Shown here: positions 11,832 through 24,395 of the stretch, piece after piece
Position numbering within the stretch: position 1 is the first letter of the stretch
Layout of the letters: the number at the start of each line of letters is the position of its first letter
NCBI GenBank assembly: GCA_977017575.1
Contig: CDRNVI010000156.1
Span: forward strand, 310,001 to 374,000
DNA length: 64,000 nt
Reading direction: 5' to 3'
DNA from: Paramoeba atlantica
Lineage: Eukaryota; Protista; Discosea
Made by a program: the position numbers and the translations under genes
Notes under the pieces: model-generated
Database searches by the model: none
What the model was told of the DNA's origin: nothing
The model's input: only the letters and a program-made list of their open reading frames with translations

Positions 11832-14146
11832 TCATTGTTTGGCGATAATATCAACCCAAGAAGGAGGGTGGGAACATAAATGAATTTCTGACAAAGAGTA
11901 TCTTCCTTGTAATTCGATATTCTCCAAAGCAAAATCTTTCGGAAAAAACCCGGTCGGACGAATATTTTTGGAATTGAGGATGTTCATCTCTTGATAATAT
12001 GCTAGATCAAAAAAAGATAATATTTCAATTAATTCTGTTTTAAAGTATAAAAATTAAAAAAAATTGTAATGTTAAAAAACCTAAAATAGCTTGGGAACAA
12101 AACCAACTCTTTTCATCCGAAGGAGGCGGAGCTTGAAGAACCAAACCAGATTTTAAATATCTTGTCATTTGTAATTGAAAGGATTCTCCCAACATAGACT
12201 GAACATACGAAGCAGTTTTACAAGTCAACAAATCTCTTGATCCTTGCCAATTGGACGATAAATGTCGAACACCAATGGATCCACCTCCTTGCAATACTTT
12301 CCGCAAACGTCTAAATAAAATCATCCAATCGTAAGTCAAATCAAAACAACAAATTTTTACATCCAGAGAAAAAAGAAAAGAAAAAAAACTGAAAAAAATG
12401 AAAATGAACCAACCTTGCAGCGTTGTTGAGAATAACACCAAACTCAAGGAGTGCCTCGAATAGTAATACCTCTCCTCCCTCTTGACAATAAACAACCGCA
12501 ACATGATCCCAACCCCGATCTGAGAGAAGTCGATTGAATGGATCTTTGGAAAACACTGGATTGGATTCAATCAAAACAATGTCCCCAGTCCGCAGTCTTT
12601 GAGGAAAAGATGGAATTGGGGAACCAAGATGAGCTAAGAAACCTGTTCTCCCAATTCAAAATTAGACAAACAAAATTATAAAAAAAAACAATAATTGAAC
12701 ATAATCAATTTTTGAGCACAACAAACCTTCATTTGGAGAAGAAGAAAACTGAGCTTGGAGATTGACACGATACTTGGAAGATTTCCCAGATGGAGAAATA
12801 AGAGAAAGACGATAGGTCTGAGGTTGTTCTTCTAAATCCTCCCATTTGAGGTCAGCAGTCCCAACGAGAGAATTAAGTCCAAAAGCGATTGAGTACAGCT
12901 GAAAAAAATCGAATTAGATAAAAAAAAAGGGGGAGGGTGGCAAAACATTTTAAAAAAGTATAAACTCAAAAAAAAAATGTACCTGAATCTGGAAGGGCTG
13001 TGTCAGGTCATTCACCACAAATGTACAAGATTCATTCCATTCCCATTTCTGCGATCTCTTCCCAAATTTTGTCGAAAAGAAACCACCATCGCTTCCATTC
13101 CCATGCAGCACTGTACAACACATCTCTTGATGGGTGGGTCCAGAACCAGAATCAATCAAAATATCAAGAAATCCACACACTTTGCTCCCTTGGTCTGGTG
13201 ATGAAGGAATACTTGCGTTTGGGAATTGGGGAGAGTGAGGAGAATGAGGCGAACGAGGAGAAAGTTTGGTTGTTGTTGGAGAGAATGAAGTGGTTTTTGG
13301 ACGACCTCGGGATTTCCTTTGGCGCTTGTCAATGAAAAGAGTTCGTGTAGAATTAGTCGATCGAGTTCTCCCAAAAGATTTCAAACTTGGAGACTCATCA
13401 CTGTTTGCCGGGGCGCTATGTCTGCTCGGGGACTTCGAATGGGAGGGAGGATCGCGTGTTTCTGAGAATGGAGGAAGTAAACCTCTGGCATTTGGAGATG
13501 TTGGGGGCGGAGACCCAACTTTTTTAATTGAAAGAGATGGTTTTGGGGAACAACTCATAAGAGAAAGAGATTTCTTGGGAAAGAAAGATCGTTTTGAAGG
13601 TGGCTCAGAAAGAGAAGGAGGAGGAGAAGTTGATTGTGGACGAAAAGAAACATGAAACGAGGGAGAAACTTCTGGAGAATGTTGTACTTTGTCTTGTTTT
13701 CCCAAATGAAGAATTCCTTCAGATAATTGCCGTTGTTCCGGACCACTTAACCTTCGGACCACCCCACCTTCTTCGCCACTCCCGCTATCCCCACCAGAAC
13801 CAGATGTTCTTCGATTTTTTTTGGTCTTTTCCTCTTTGCTTATTTTCAATTTTTTCGTTGTTGCTCCGCTTTCACGAGTTTTAATATTTTTCTCCTTTGT
13901 TCCTAATTTCCGATGTCCATCGACGCTCTGTGTGAGAGGTAAATCCCATTTCAGAGGCCTTTTATTTCTAGCAAGCTCCTCGGGTGACCCTCTCGTTATT
14001 ATGGTGCCATTCTCGTTAGTTGAACCATATTGAGGGGAAAAAAACAGAGCAGGGCGTTCCTTTTTTCTTTCCTCACCGTCTCTCAATTGGACTCCAATAA
14101 TTTCAGGTCCCTTTTCTTTGTCGGAAAAATCGAAAACAGAATCCAT
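11832..14146 (-). CDS. Ser/Pro-rich N-terminus + C2 + permuted papain-like (C92-type) protein (paralog A, no repeat tail)
   Basis: ATG at 14146 (MDSVFDF). C2 GFLDILID..KWEWNESCTFVV; LRTGDIVL; GWDHVAVV; WFCSQAIL. Intron positions largely match paralog B. TGA at 11834-11832. Confidence 0.78.
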
Positions 14147-14444
14147 CAGTTTAAAAAAAAGGAAAAAAGAGATGATAACAAGAAAACAATTCGGATTTTG
14201 GTGGTTCACCGATGAGGGAGGAACAAAACAAAGGTGCGGTATGTCCGCTATTCCCAGAACAGAAAGGGAGCCAATCAAAAAGCCCAAACACACGAGGGGA
14301 GTAAAAAAACTAAATAAGGGAATCGGTGGACACCACTGAAAAGTGGACACCACCATTTCGTCTTTTTCGTTTTTTTTGCTTTTTTTTTTTTTTTGGAAAG
14401 AGTTTCTCTTCTCTCTCTCCGTTCTCTTTCTTCCGCCGCCAGCG

Positions 14445-15548
14445 ATGGCCCTTCGTGCAAAACATTTTGCTGACCTGCTTCTAAGAGCAAAACGAAAGTA
14501 TATTCTTGGTGGTCGCGCTTATTATGAACCTCTTGAATGGCTTTGGGCTCCCCCTGAACCTCGAATCGACTCTGATCCCGCGACGGGTTGGAGTGACCAG
14601 GAAACTCGTGTTGGGATGATTGGAAGAAAACTTGGGATGTTATCTGATTACGATTCTTGGGGGAATATGATTCCAGTCACTCTTATCGAAGTTTTACCAA
14701 ACTATGTTGTTCAAATGAAGACAGAAGAGAAAGAAGGATTTAACGCTCTCCAAGTTGGGACTCTTCCAATGAAAGCGAAAAAGGCGACAGCTCAGTTGGT
14801 GGGACACTGTCAAAAGGCTGGAGTTCCTCTTTGTTCAAAGTTAATGGAATTTCAAGTATCCTCTGGTTCTCTTCTTCCAGTTGGAACTGTTTTAGATTCC
14901 CGTCATTTCTCTCCTGGACAATACTTAGATATTCGAGGATTGACTGTCGGAAAAGGTTTTCAAGGAGGGATGAAGAGGTGGGGGTTTTCGGGATTACCAG
15001 CTTCTCATGGAGTCTCGCTCGCTCATCGTTCGATTGGTTCAACCGGAGCTTGTCAAGATCCTGGAAAAGTGTGGAAAGGAAAAAAGATGCCAGGTCGAAT
15101 GGGTCACAAAAATCGGACAGTGAAAAATGTTCTCTTGTACAAAATTGACCCTGAAAATGGTGTCTTCGTCGTAAAAGGTCAACTTCCAGGGAAACCAGGA
15201 ACATGGCTTCGAATTATTGATGCAAAGAACAAGTTACACCCGAAACCGCCCCCCTTTCCAACATTCGTCCCTCCAGAAGATGAAGATCCGAGTACCTTGG
15301 GGATTTTGGAAGGAGAACTTCCAATGCCATATCAAACAAGATTACAAGGTGCTCATTCTCCATCTTTTTCCAATGAAACTGTTTGGGATGTTCAAAAACG
15401 TTTGGGGTTGAAGGCGTTGGCTGAGTATCGAAAAGAGCAAGAGTTACGAGAGTTAGAAGGACTCCCTCCGGATGAGTGGGTTGGTTGTGATGCTCTTGAA
15501 AGAGCAATCAATGAATATGAAAAGAGAAAAGCAAGAAAAAATGTTTAA
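14445..15548 (+). CDS. MRPL3: Mitochondrial ribosomal protein uL3m, intronless
   Basis: GRKLGM..PVTLIEV; GKGFQGGMKRWGF..ASHG..HRSIGSTG..DPGKVWKGKKMPGRMG. Confidence 0.95.
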   Translation: MALRAKHFADLLLRAKRKYILGGRAYYEPLEWLWAPPEPRIDSDPATGWSDQETRVGMIGRKLGMLSDYDSWGNMIPVTLIEVLPNYVVQMKTEEKEGFNALQVGTLPMKAKKATAQLVGHCQKAGVPLCSKLMEFQVSSGSLLPVGTVLDSRHFSPGQYLDIRGLTVGKGFQGGMKRWGFSGLPASHGVSLAHRSIGSTGACQDPGKVWKGKKMPGRMGHKNRTVKNVLLYKIDPENGVFVVKGQLPGKPGTWLRIIDAKNKLHPKPPPFPTFVPPEDEDPSTLGILEGELPMPYQTRLQGAHSPSFSNETVWDVQKRLGLKALAEYRKEQELRELEGLPPDEWVGCDALERAINEYEKRKARKNV

Positions 15549-15761
15549 AAAAAAAACAAAAAACAATTTTGTTTCACAAAACAAAAACGATAAAAAAAAT
15601 AATTAAAGATTCCCCCCACTGAAAATTTGATTTTAAAAATAATTTATGAAAAAAAAAGATTCAAAAAAAAAGATAAAAATGTTACAACAAAATCCCAACA
15701 AGGTACTCATCACACCACCATATCACATTTTTTTACCCACAGCACACAAAGACCATAAAAA

Positions 15762-17250
15762 TTATTTCTTCAGAACAACATTCGAAGGACTCAACCCATC
15801 AATGTCATAATCACCAATACTGGGGGGAACATTCGGAGTATGCATTGTACGAGCAGTGTACTTCAATAAATCATCTCGAACAAGCTGATCATGATGTCTT
15901 TTGAAATCTTCATTGCTCAATCTCCCTAATTCTTTCCATTGTGTGTGAATCATGGACCAAAAACCCTGTCCTCTTCCAGGAGTTCCAGTTCCTCTGTCTT
16001 CAATCAAGTAAGCATCACAAACGCTCCGGAAAAACGCAATTCTTCCTTTCGCAGCCTCCACATCAACAATATGAGAAACTTCCCCAATAATTTTTTCAGT
16101 TAAATCTGGGAGTGGGACACGAAGCCATCGTGCATAACTTCCTTTTCCTTGGAGTTGTTTTCGAACTTTATCTTTGACTTGTCGGAGTTCTGACTCAACA
16201 GCTTTCAAAGCATATTTTACTGCATAAGCATTCTCTGGTGCATTGACAAGGAGGTTTCGAGTTGTGGGACATCGTTGCAACCAAGACTTTAGAGTTGCTT
16301 TATCAGGGCAAGGAGGGAAAACTGGTTTATAGAACGCAGCTTGAAACCAGAGTTTCACTTGTTCTAACTCAGATTCTGTGAGAGGTTTGATCGTTCCACC
16401 TGTTTGATCAGAAGAAAAAAAAGTTAGTTTTTTTGAGAAATGAAAAAAAATATTTGCTTGAGGAAAATAAATTCTTCCTTTCATCTTCTTTTTGGAAAAA
16501 AAAAAAAAGAAGAAAATTAAAAACTACTGTCTTTTTGAAATCAAAAAAGAAAGAAAAAAAACACACCTCGTAATTCTTCTGCTAAAGCATTTACATCTTG
16601 ACGTAACCCCACAAGAGCTTCTCGAATTGGGCGAAGCTCTTCACGGAGATGACGTCTTGTAAGATTGAGTTCGTGAGAATCAAGAATTGCAGCTTCAGTC
16701 CCTGCTGGTGAGAATGAAGGTGGTGGACTTTGTTCTCTTCGGGGTTGAACAACTTCTTGTCCGTCTGGAGGTGCAAGCCTCATTCTTTGGCGAGGGGGAC
16801 CAAGGTCACTTTGTGAAGTTGGTCTCCTTCTTCTCCTTCCTGTGGTGTGTTGTGTGTGTGAGAGAATTCCAAGAAGAGATATTATTTTCATATCGAACAA
16901 ATTTTGTTGGTATGTTGTTGAGAAACACAATGAAACCACAAAAAAGCTGTGTTTTTCTTCGAATCCCAAACATTCAAAATAAAAAAACCTGCATCATAAA
17001 CATCTTCTTCTCCCAAATGTTGATGTTGTGTGAGATCCTCAACCCCTTCTTCTCCTGGAATCTGGCTCTGGAAAAAAAAAAAATTGCTTGGATGAACAAA
17101 AGAGCAAAAAAGGAAGAGAAAAGAAGGGGAAAGTTACGGATGTACCATCGCGGCGGAAAAGTTTCAAACTCTTGTGTTGAAAGTGTGCGAAGGTGGGCGG
17201 GAGACAAATAGTCCCCATTCAGGGCAACTTTGTATGCTCTTCCCACTGAA
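15762..17250 (-). CDS. Hypothetical multi-exon protein (basic NLS-like segment, coiled coil, ~230-aa globular C-terminal exon); start uncertain
   Basis: In-phase exons QSQIPGEEGVEDL..DAG / RRRRRPTSQ..AEELR / DQTGG..KK*, separated by T-rich GT-AG introns. Confidence 0.6.
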
Positions 17251-17577
17251 AATTATAGGGACCAATTTTGGATTTGGGGGTCAAATGATGGGATGTTTTC
17301 GGGATGTCTCGTTTTTTGTCAACTGGGATTCTTATTGTCATTTTTCTCTGAAGCATTTCTCAGAGTCATTCTTTCCCATTCAAAATCCGGTGTTGCTTTT
17401 TCGGTTTTTGGTTTTTTTTTTTTTTGTTTTCTTTTTCAGCTGCCGAAGGCTGCCCACCAACAACAAATCAAGATGGTTTGTTGACTCTCTTCTCTTTTTC
17501 TTCTTCCACTTCGTTGACCAAACCATATCACCCCATTCTCTCTCTCTCTTCGTCTCCTCACCTCTTTCACACAGTCA

Positions 17578-18129
17578 ATGTATGTTCGAGCGAAGAGACA
17601 CAAATACACCGTTTTTCTTTATTGTGATCCGTCAGATAAAGCCTCATCGCTCAAAGAACAGGTTCAAAAACAAAAAAAAACATTTTAGTTTTGAATAAGA
17701 AACTTGTTGAATTCTCTTCTTCAATCTCTTCAATATTAGAAATGAAATACACTTGCCCTTTGTCCAGTCCCAAATATGACTCCTTCCAAAATCTATTTTG
17801 CTTATGATTAGTCATTTTAGATTATCTCCTTGAAGATTGATGATCGAACGTTACCTTTTGAGAAGATTCGATTGTACAAGGATGACCGTGCACCCCTTGA
17901 TGATGACAAAACACTCGAAGAATCTAAAATTGAAAATGATGGAGTGATCTTTTTTTGTTTCAAAATCGAAGGTTGTTCTCATTTTTTTTTTTTTTGAGAG
18001 TTTTTTTTTTCTTTCCTTTCTCTTTCTTTTGTGTCCAACAAAAACTCTTTTATGAATCGTTTTTTGAAAGGAACTGAAGCATGGGAAGATATTGATGTCC
18101 AAAATGTTGGTGCCTCAGCCGCTTCTTGA
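17578..18129 (+). CDS. ELOB: Elongin B (ubiquitin-like), 3 exons
   Basis: MYVRAKRHKYTVFLYCDPSDKASSLKEQ / IISLK..KIRLYKDDRAPLDDDKTLEESKIENDGVIFFCFK / TEAWEDIDV resembles plant and animal Elongin B. Confidence 0.8.
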
Positions 18130-18375
18130 TCAGGAGAAGAGGAGTGTTTAAGAAACAAAAATTGGCATTGATCTTCGATTCAAATGCTGAAAACTTTGGT
18201 GGTGTGTTCTCACAATTAATAATAATTATTCACCACACACACACCTGATTATAATTGTGTGAAGGATGATATTGGATCACATGTGATGGGAATGAAATCA
18301 AAAAAAAAAATTAGTCTGAATTCATCTTTGTGTATAATTGATATTTTCTCTTTTACTTTGTTGGATTGAGCGAAT

Positions 18376-18940
18376 TTAATCTTCTGATTCCATACAATGA
18401 ATCCAAGCACGCTCAAAAGGGGCAGGGTCATCTCTTGCCATTGTAACAACAGCAACGTAAGCTTGGAAAGTTCCGCTGCAGTCATTTGTCTTTTCAGACC
18501 TAACAAAGGGAAAAGTTTATGTGAATATTGAGAGAGAAAGAGAGCGGAAAAAAAAGGCTTTTGTGTGTTAAAAAAAAAAAAAAAGAAATGGACATACAAA
18601 GCTTCAACTTGTGATTTGAGGTCATCTGCGATTGAGGAACAATTATCAGCACCCTTGTCCTTCACACATTGTGCATATTGATCACGAGTTGGTTGTAATC
18701 GAGAATTGAAGTAAGGAGCGGAGGCTTGTCGTGCAGCAGCTTTTTTTGTGAAAAAGAAGGGAAACGTCAACAAAAAAAGAAATGTTATTCTGACTTTTTT
18801 GATCAAAAAGAAATACTCTTACCATAAACATGAGCACGGATTTCTTTTGGGATCTCCTCAGGCATTTCCTCAGGGGCATCCTTTGCCATGTCCCTACCCT
18901 TTTGGACTCTCGCTCTCCATTTCTCTTCAGCTGCAGCCAT
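18376..18940 (-). CDS. Small Cys-containing protein, probable complex I subunit NDUFA8-like, 3 exons
   Basis: Spliced ~127 aa: ..RQASAPYFNSRLQPTRDQYAQCVKDKGADNCSSIADDL..NDCSGTFQAYV..WIHCMESED. It aligns by eye to NDUFA8 helices. Confidence 0.55.
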
Positions 18941-19136
18941 CACGAAAAGAAGCAAAACGCAAAAAAAAACCCCAAAAGCTTTGGGTCAAATCTGTTAGTT
19001 TTCTCCCAATTTTCCAGGGAGTTTGAAGACGAAAAGATCTCTTGACCGAACCGGTATTGTAGTAGTTTTTTTCGTTGTTTTTTTTGTGAGTTTCTTGTTT
19101 TTGGTGTTGTGTTGGTTCTTTTGTTCTCGTTGTCAA

Positions 19137-19667
19137 ATGTGCGAAGATGGTAATTTGACAATCTGTCTGGATTCCTCTCGAGGGTTCAAAGTGGACAAAC
19201 CTTTACGAAAAGATATTTCAAACACTTGGGTTGTGAAGGTGAAAGACCTCTCGGAAAATGCTGAGAGGAATTCCGTTGATGGAATCGCGTTTTCCGTGGG
19301 TGTTGTCCAGAGTTCTGCTGAGACTCGTTCATGGCCAGTTTGGGGGTTTGATCGTAATGGTTGGGGCGTCGCTTGTTGGAGTCGTTGGGGATTTATTCAC
19401 CTTGTTCATGACACTGAAACGGTGAAAAAAGTGGGGGGAAAGCATTTGATAAGTGTTGGAGATGAATTTGAGTTGACTGTTGATGAAGGAGGGGTCTTGT
19501 CGATCTCCTTGAATGGAGAAGACCTCGGATCTATTCAAGTTCCAAAGGAAGAAGAAACTTTGTTATATCCTGCTGTTTTCACGTATTTGAATGGGTATGA
19601 CTCAGTCACTGCTGAAATTGAGATGAATCCGGTTGGTATGACTTTTAAACCTGCGAAAAGAGGTTGA
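19137..19667 (+). CDS. Single-domain SPRY/B30.2-like beta-sandwich protein (divergent copy), ends FKPAKRG
   Basis: WVVKV..FSVGVV..GWG..VGDEFELTVD..GVLSISLNGEDLG..LLYPAVF pattern. Intronless. Confidence 0.6.
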   Translation: MCEDGNLTICLDSSRGFKVDKPLRKDISNTWVVKVKDLSENAERNSVDGIAFSVGVVQSSAETRSWPVWGFDRNGWGVACWSRWGFIHLVHDTETVKKVGGKHLISVGDEFELTVDEGGVLSISLNGEDLGSIQVPKEEETLLYPAVFTYLNGYDSVTAEIEMNPVGMTFKPAKRG

Positions 19668-19763
19668 AAATTCGGTCTCTTGAAGGATCGTCGTCTTTGA
19701 ATGTTTTCCAAAGGAATTCTTCTTTTTTGTCGTTTTGTGGGGTTTATTGTTCGTTGGTGTTTA

Positions 19764-21817
19764 TTATAATTTTGCTGGGAGACCTGGAAGACCAATAACC
19801 CCTTCTCTGGCCACATCTTCGATTTCTTTTCGGTTCATTCCCAAGACCTAAAATATAGATATTACTTTACGATTAAAAATGTAAATGTCGACGACCAAAT
19901 CTGGAGAGTCCACAGGAAAAATAAGGAGAAAAAAAAAGCTGACTGAACCTGTTGCAAAACTTGGATTGTATGTTCTCCAACGTTTGGGAGAGGGGCTGCT
20001 TCTGCTCTCCCAGGAGTACGTGAGAGTCGTGGTGCTGCTGGTGGTTCAAGCCCCCCTATTATAAAGAGAAGGGTTATGATATTTTTTTTTTGTCTTTTTG
20101 GGGATTTCTTTTTTCTTATTGTTAAACACAAACCTTCTGAATTAAGAATCAGTGTACCCCTCTCTTTGTTATGAGGATGTTCCATTACTTCTTCCAATTC
20201 TGTTAATAGGAAGAGGGAGAGTCAATAAAAAATATCCAGAGATGTCTGGTTTTCAGAAAGAACAGAAAAATTAGAAAATCACAAACCAAGGACGGGTGCA
20301 AAACAAGCATCGAGATTCTCAAAGATTTTAACCCATTCTTCCAAATTCTTTTCTTTGAAAATTTGTTGAAATCTTGATTTCCAGTGAGGCCACAACTCAA
20401 TGTTGAATTGTGAAATTTCTTTTTCGGAGATCTCAAGTCCCTTCAATAACTAGAAGAAAAAAGAAAATTGTTTTGTTAAAAGGGGAAAAAAAAAGAAGAA
20501 TATCAGAATAGAAAAAGAAGAAAAGAAATCTTACATCTTTGAAAAATTGAGGCTCAATGGCGCCCACTGAGACCCATTTCAAATCTTTTGTTTGGTAGGT
20601 TGTGTAGAAGGGAGCACCACCATCAAGGAGCCCTGTTCCTCTTGGTGTTCCAATTGTACCACTACTTTGAAGAGCTGTGGGGTTTAACCAAAAAAAGAAG
20701 AGAGTTTAGTTTTCGATATTTCCTTTCTTTTCAGATGATAACAACCTTTGAATAAAAACGTGGAAAGGTAGGCACTCCCATCAATCATATTTGCGTCAAC
20801 TACTTGTCCTTTTCCTTTGCGAAAGAGTCAATAATTTTTGTCAATATTCATTCATTGTGAAGAGAAAGGTCAGAGAAAGTGTTTTTTTTGAAAGAAATAA
20901 CAAAAAAGAACCTGACTTATTTCTTTCGATCAGAGCCAATAAAGTTCCCAAGGCAGCCAAGAAACCACCACCTGCAAAATCTCCAAGAATATTCACAGGA
21001 GGTAAAGGCTTTCCTTTCTCTGTCCTAAAAGCTGACAATGCACCTGAAGTCGCAATGTAATTGATGTCATGACCAGCTTTGCGTGCGAATGGCCCACTTT
21101 GCCCAAAACCTTCCAAAAGGAATAAATCAGAAAAAAGATTTTTGGAAATATAAAAGAACAATTCATTCATTTTTTGTTGGATGAGATCATGGGAGAATTT
21201 TTTGGAAAAAAAAAGACTTGAAATAAAAGACTGACCAGTCAAACGGACATAGACAATGCGAGGGTTGACTTTCTGAAGTCGGTCATAAGTAATGCCCATC
21301 TTCTCCATGACTCCAGGTCGAAAAGGTTCGATCAATACATCTGACTTTTTGTGGGAGTTTCGAGGAAAGATTATTGACTTTTCCAAAAAAAAAAAAGACA
21401 CTCACAACCATCATCAAAAAGAAAAGGAAAAAGGGGGAACCTTAGTCACGAGGTTCATCAACAATTCCACTCCTTGTTTCTTTTTCAAATTCAAGGAGAT
21501 CGACTTTTTTCCTTGAAAGATAAACTCAGAGAAGAGGTTTTGAAATCTCATTGAGTTATTTTGAAGAACAAGAAGAAGAAAGAAGGAAGAAAAAAAACCT
21601 CTCGCAAGTGTATCAGGGGAATGGAGAGAGCCAACACGATCGATCCGAATGAGCTCAGCGCCAAAATCTAATTTTTCCCAAAAAGTGAAACTCTGATCGA
21701 TTTCACCAAAAAAAAAGGGAAAGAAAGAAAGAAACCTGCAAGAACTAATCCACAAAAAGGGGCAGGAGCAAGTCCTGCCAACTCTAACACACGAACCCCA
21801 CCAAGAACCGCCATCAT
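19764..21817 (-). CDS. AMACR: Alpha-methylacyl-CoA racemase / CoA-transferase family III, C-terminal PTS1 (AKL)
   Basis: [28 protein letters not shown]; [16 protein letters not shown]; GHDINYIA; [12 protein letters not shown]. The last exon ends GLPAKL*. Confidence 0.92.
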
Positions 21818-21945
21818 CCAAAGAGGAGAGAAAGAGAATCGAAGAAAGAAAAATAGCCTCCTAAAATTTAGGGGGAACAATTTTTCTGTTTTCGGTCTCT
21901 CTTTTTCTTGTTGGGAATTTTGTTGTTGTTGTTTGGTTGGGAGCG

Positions 21946-22528
21946 ATGGATAATGGTAAATGGAGGAAGGATCTTGGAACAGAAGGGTTGGTGATCAAGG
22001 AGTGGCCATTGGAAAAAGGAATTTCTTACAACTGGACTGTTCGAGTTGTCAAGGCAGGTTCTGTTTCTTTTTTTTTCTTTTTGTTTTGAGTTGGGGGAGG
22101 GGAAATAATTAATTCAACACTGAATGATTTCAGAGAGTTGTATGTCTGAGGGTCCAACACTTTCGATCTCTGTCATCACGAAGAAAGATTTGTCGGCTTC
22201 TTGGCCTTCTTGGGGAGCTGTTGATGGTGGGTGGGCTATGGCTTTTTGGCAGAGTTGGGGGAGAGGTGTTTTTTCTCACAATCGCCGGCCAGTCAAAGAC
22301 TTGCCAAACCATGCTGTTAAATCTGGGGATGTTATTGAAGCTACATTGAGTGAATTTGGAGATTTATCTTTCATTTTGAATGGAACGGACATGGGGACAT
22401 ATCCTGATCAATTACCATGGAATGAAACATTGTATCCTGCTGTCTTTTCTTGCACCAATGGGGGGATTGTGGTTGTGGAAGTTGAGGTAATGTCTGCTGT
22501 GAACATCAAACCAGCAAAAAGGATTTGA
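21946..22528 (+). CDS. SPRY-like protein, tandem copy 1 (2 exons), ends VNIKPAKRI
   Basis: MDNGKWRKDLG..YNWTVRVVKA / ESCMSEGPTLSISVI..KSGDVIE..LSFILNGTDMG..LYPAVF. Confidence 0.65.
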
Positions 22529-22864
22529 AGAACAAAAAGGAAGAGGACTAATTATTATCAAATTACCTTCCAAAAAGGGACCTCTCTTGACAAGTAACTT
22601 TGGTGGCAAACACTGAATCTGATTTTTTTGAAAACACATTTAATATCTCAAAGATCTCATTCAAACTTTTTTTTGGAATTCAAGTTTGTTTGTTTTGTGA
22701 ACTTTGTCACTGAAGGTTAATGAAAAAGTAGAGTTTCGACCAAACCAATAATTTTTGGCTTTCTAAAATCAAAGTTTTGTTCCTGTTTTTGTTTCTGTTT
22801 TTGTTTCCGCTCTGCTGGCGGGCTGACTTCCTTTTGTTCGTTTGTTTTCCAGTGTCTTTGGTTG

Positions 22865-23440
22865 ATGGATGGTAAATGGAGGAAGGATCTTAGAACGGAA
22901 GCGTTGGTGATCAAAGACTGGCCATTGGAAAAAGGAGTTTCTTACAACTGGACTGTTCGAGTTGTCAAGGGAGGTTCTGTTTCTCTTTTTTCTTTTTGTT
23001 TTGATTTGGGGTTGGGAATATTAATTCAACACTGAATGATTTTAGAGAGTTGTGGGCGTGGGGGTCCGTCACTTTCGGTCTCTGTCATCACGAAGAAAGA
23101 TTTGTCAACTACTTGGCCTTGTTGGGGAGCTGTTCACAATGGGTGGGCTCTGGCTTTTTGGCAGAGTTGGGGGAAAAGTGTCTTTTCTCACAATCGCCTG
23201 CCAGTCAAAGACTTGCCATACCATTTCGTTAGATCTGGGGATGTTATTGAAGTTACATTGAGTGAATTTGGAGATTTATCTTTCATTTTGAATGGAACGG
23301 ACATGGGGACATATCCTGATCAATTACCATGGAATGAAACGTTGTATCCTGCTGTCTTTTCGAACACCAATGGGGGGATTGTGGTTGTGGAACTTGAGGT
23401 AATGTCTGCTGTGAACATCAAACCAGCAAAAAGGAATTGA
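22865..23440 (+). CDS. SPRY-like protein, tandem copy 2 (2 exons), ends VNIKPAKRN
   Basis: Near-identical to 21946-22528 with the same intron. Confidence 0.65.
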
Positions 23441-23824
23441 ATGAAGAACAAAAAGAAATAGGAATTGTCAAATTTACTTTCCTGAAAAGCATTTCATAAT
23501 TTGGTGGCAAACACTGAACCTGATTTTTTGGAAAAATGCAAAAAGAATATCTCAAAGATCTCATTCGAACTTTTTTTTGGAATTCAGTTTGTTTGTTTTG
23601 TGAACTTTGTCACTGAAGGTATTTCAGAGGGCTCAAAATCCCCTTTTGTGTGGGTCTCCAACCTCCCCTACTGAATAATAAGGAGAGAGTTTCGACCAAA
23701 CCAATAATTTGGCTTTCTAAAACCAAATTTTGTTTCTGTTTTTGTTTCTGTTTTTTGTTTCCGCTCTGCTGGCGGGCTGACTTCCTTTTGTTCGTTTGTT
23801 TTCTCAGTCTTTAGTCTTTGGTTG

Positions 23825-24395
23825 ATGGATGGCAAATGGAGGAAGGATCTTGGAACAGAAGGGTTGGTGATCAAGGAGTGGCCATTGGAAAAAGGAGTTT
23901 CTTACAACTGGACTGTTCGAGTTGTCAAGGCAGGTTCTGTTTCTTTTTTTTCTTTTGTTTTGAGAGCAGAAATAATTAATTCAACATTCTATGATTTCAG
24001 AGGGTTGTGCGGTTGGGGGTCCAACACTTTCGATCTCTGTCATCACGAGGAAAGATTTGTCAACTACTTGGCCTTCTTGGGGAGCTGTTGATGGTGGGTG
24101 GGCTATGGCTTTTTGGCAGAGTTGGGGGAAAAGTGTTTTTTCTCACAATCGCCGGCCAGTCAAAGACTTGCCACGCCACCTTGTTCGATCTGGGGATGTT
24201 ATTGAAGCTACATTGAGTGAATTTGGAGATTTATCTTTCATTTTGAATGGAACGGACATGGGGACATATCCCGATCAATTACCATGGAATGAAACATTGT
24301 ATCCTGCTGTCTTTTCTTACACCAATCGGGGGATTGTGGTTGTGGAAGTTGAGGTAATGTCTGCTGTGAACATCAAACCAGCAAAAAGTAGTTGA
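23825..24395 (+). CDS. SPRY-like protein, tandem copy 3 (2 exons), ends VNIKPAKSS
   Basis: Near-identical to the two preceding copies. Confidence 0.65.

Noticed and set aside
14146-14445. Short divergent promoters as a special system
   Set aside because: This is ordinary for a compact protist genome, and no distinctive shared motif was seen.
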